Origin: the human T2T-CHM13v2.0 reference genome, Homo sapiens
Assembly (NCBI RefSeq): GCF_009914755.1
Contig: NC_060932.1
Strand: one strand, 5' to 3'
Length of the DNA stretch: 64,000 bases
This document shows, in pieces, positions 63,550 through 64,000 of the stretch; the stretch's first letter is position 1; every line of letters starts with the position of its first letter. The notes under the pieces were generated by a model. That model ran no database searches, had not been told where the DNA came from, and saw only the letters and a program-made list of their open reading frames with translations. The position numbers and the translations under genes were made by a program.

Positions 63550-64000
63550 ATCGAATATAAAAGACTCAGACCCATTAGATCCATCTACATTATATAGACT
63601 TGATTTTGGAGGGAGAAGAAAAAATCAGCATATAAATATATTTCATTTCCAAAAACTGGTAAAGGTCCATGAAGGATGCGACAAGTATTTTGCACTATAT
63701 GAGACTATGTAATTGTCTTCAATTGACTTCAAGAAAACATAACGAACATTCCTGAACACCAAAACAATATCCAAAAATGTGCAGAAAAGAAGTACCAGTT
63801 TTGTGCGAAGAATGACAAACCTGAATATATAAAAGACGGTTTTTTAATAGCCTGCAATATAAGACACTTCACAGTAACCACTTGAAAAATGAAGATAAAG
63901 CCCTGAATAGAGACAGATTGATATGTAAAGAAAAAGAAGGAGTAGAGGTTAATGAATTATTTCTAAATCAATATAATGTAATAAAATTCCCTCTTCTGTG

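Overview
AT-rich, CpG-poor primate (probably human) genomic DNA with no recognisable cellular protein-coding gene, RNA gene or CpG island. Roughly half of it is interspersed repeat: LINE-1s of several ages, about 10 Alus/monomers, L2 and MIR relics, solo LTRs (THE1B, MLT1D, two MER67-like, LTR16-like) and hAT DNA-transposon relics (MER97, Zaphod/MER115, MER94, MER20, MER5). All long ORFs in the track are L1 ORF2 remnants or antisense artefacts. The interesting signal is structural. (1) Two local inverted duplications (12142-12407/14482-14743 and 21007-21166/21858-22025); the second is embedded in a chain of snap-back hairpins. (2) A near-full-length old L1 with an internal 1.8 kb inversion and a templated filler at a ~1 kb deletion. 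(3) A textbook twin-primed L1 with visible priming microhomology. (4) A young L1 3' end inserted in perfect register into an older L1. (5) A 31 bp dispersed copy followed by a hairpin. Retroelement orientation and strong splice acceptors weakly suggest an intron of a minus-strand transcript. Repeat subfamily names come from recalled consensus sequences, not from a search, and boundaries of old repeats are approximate. I see no support for a novel coding system.
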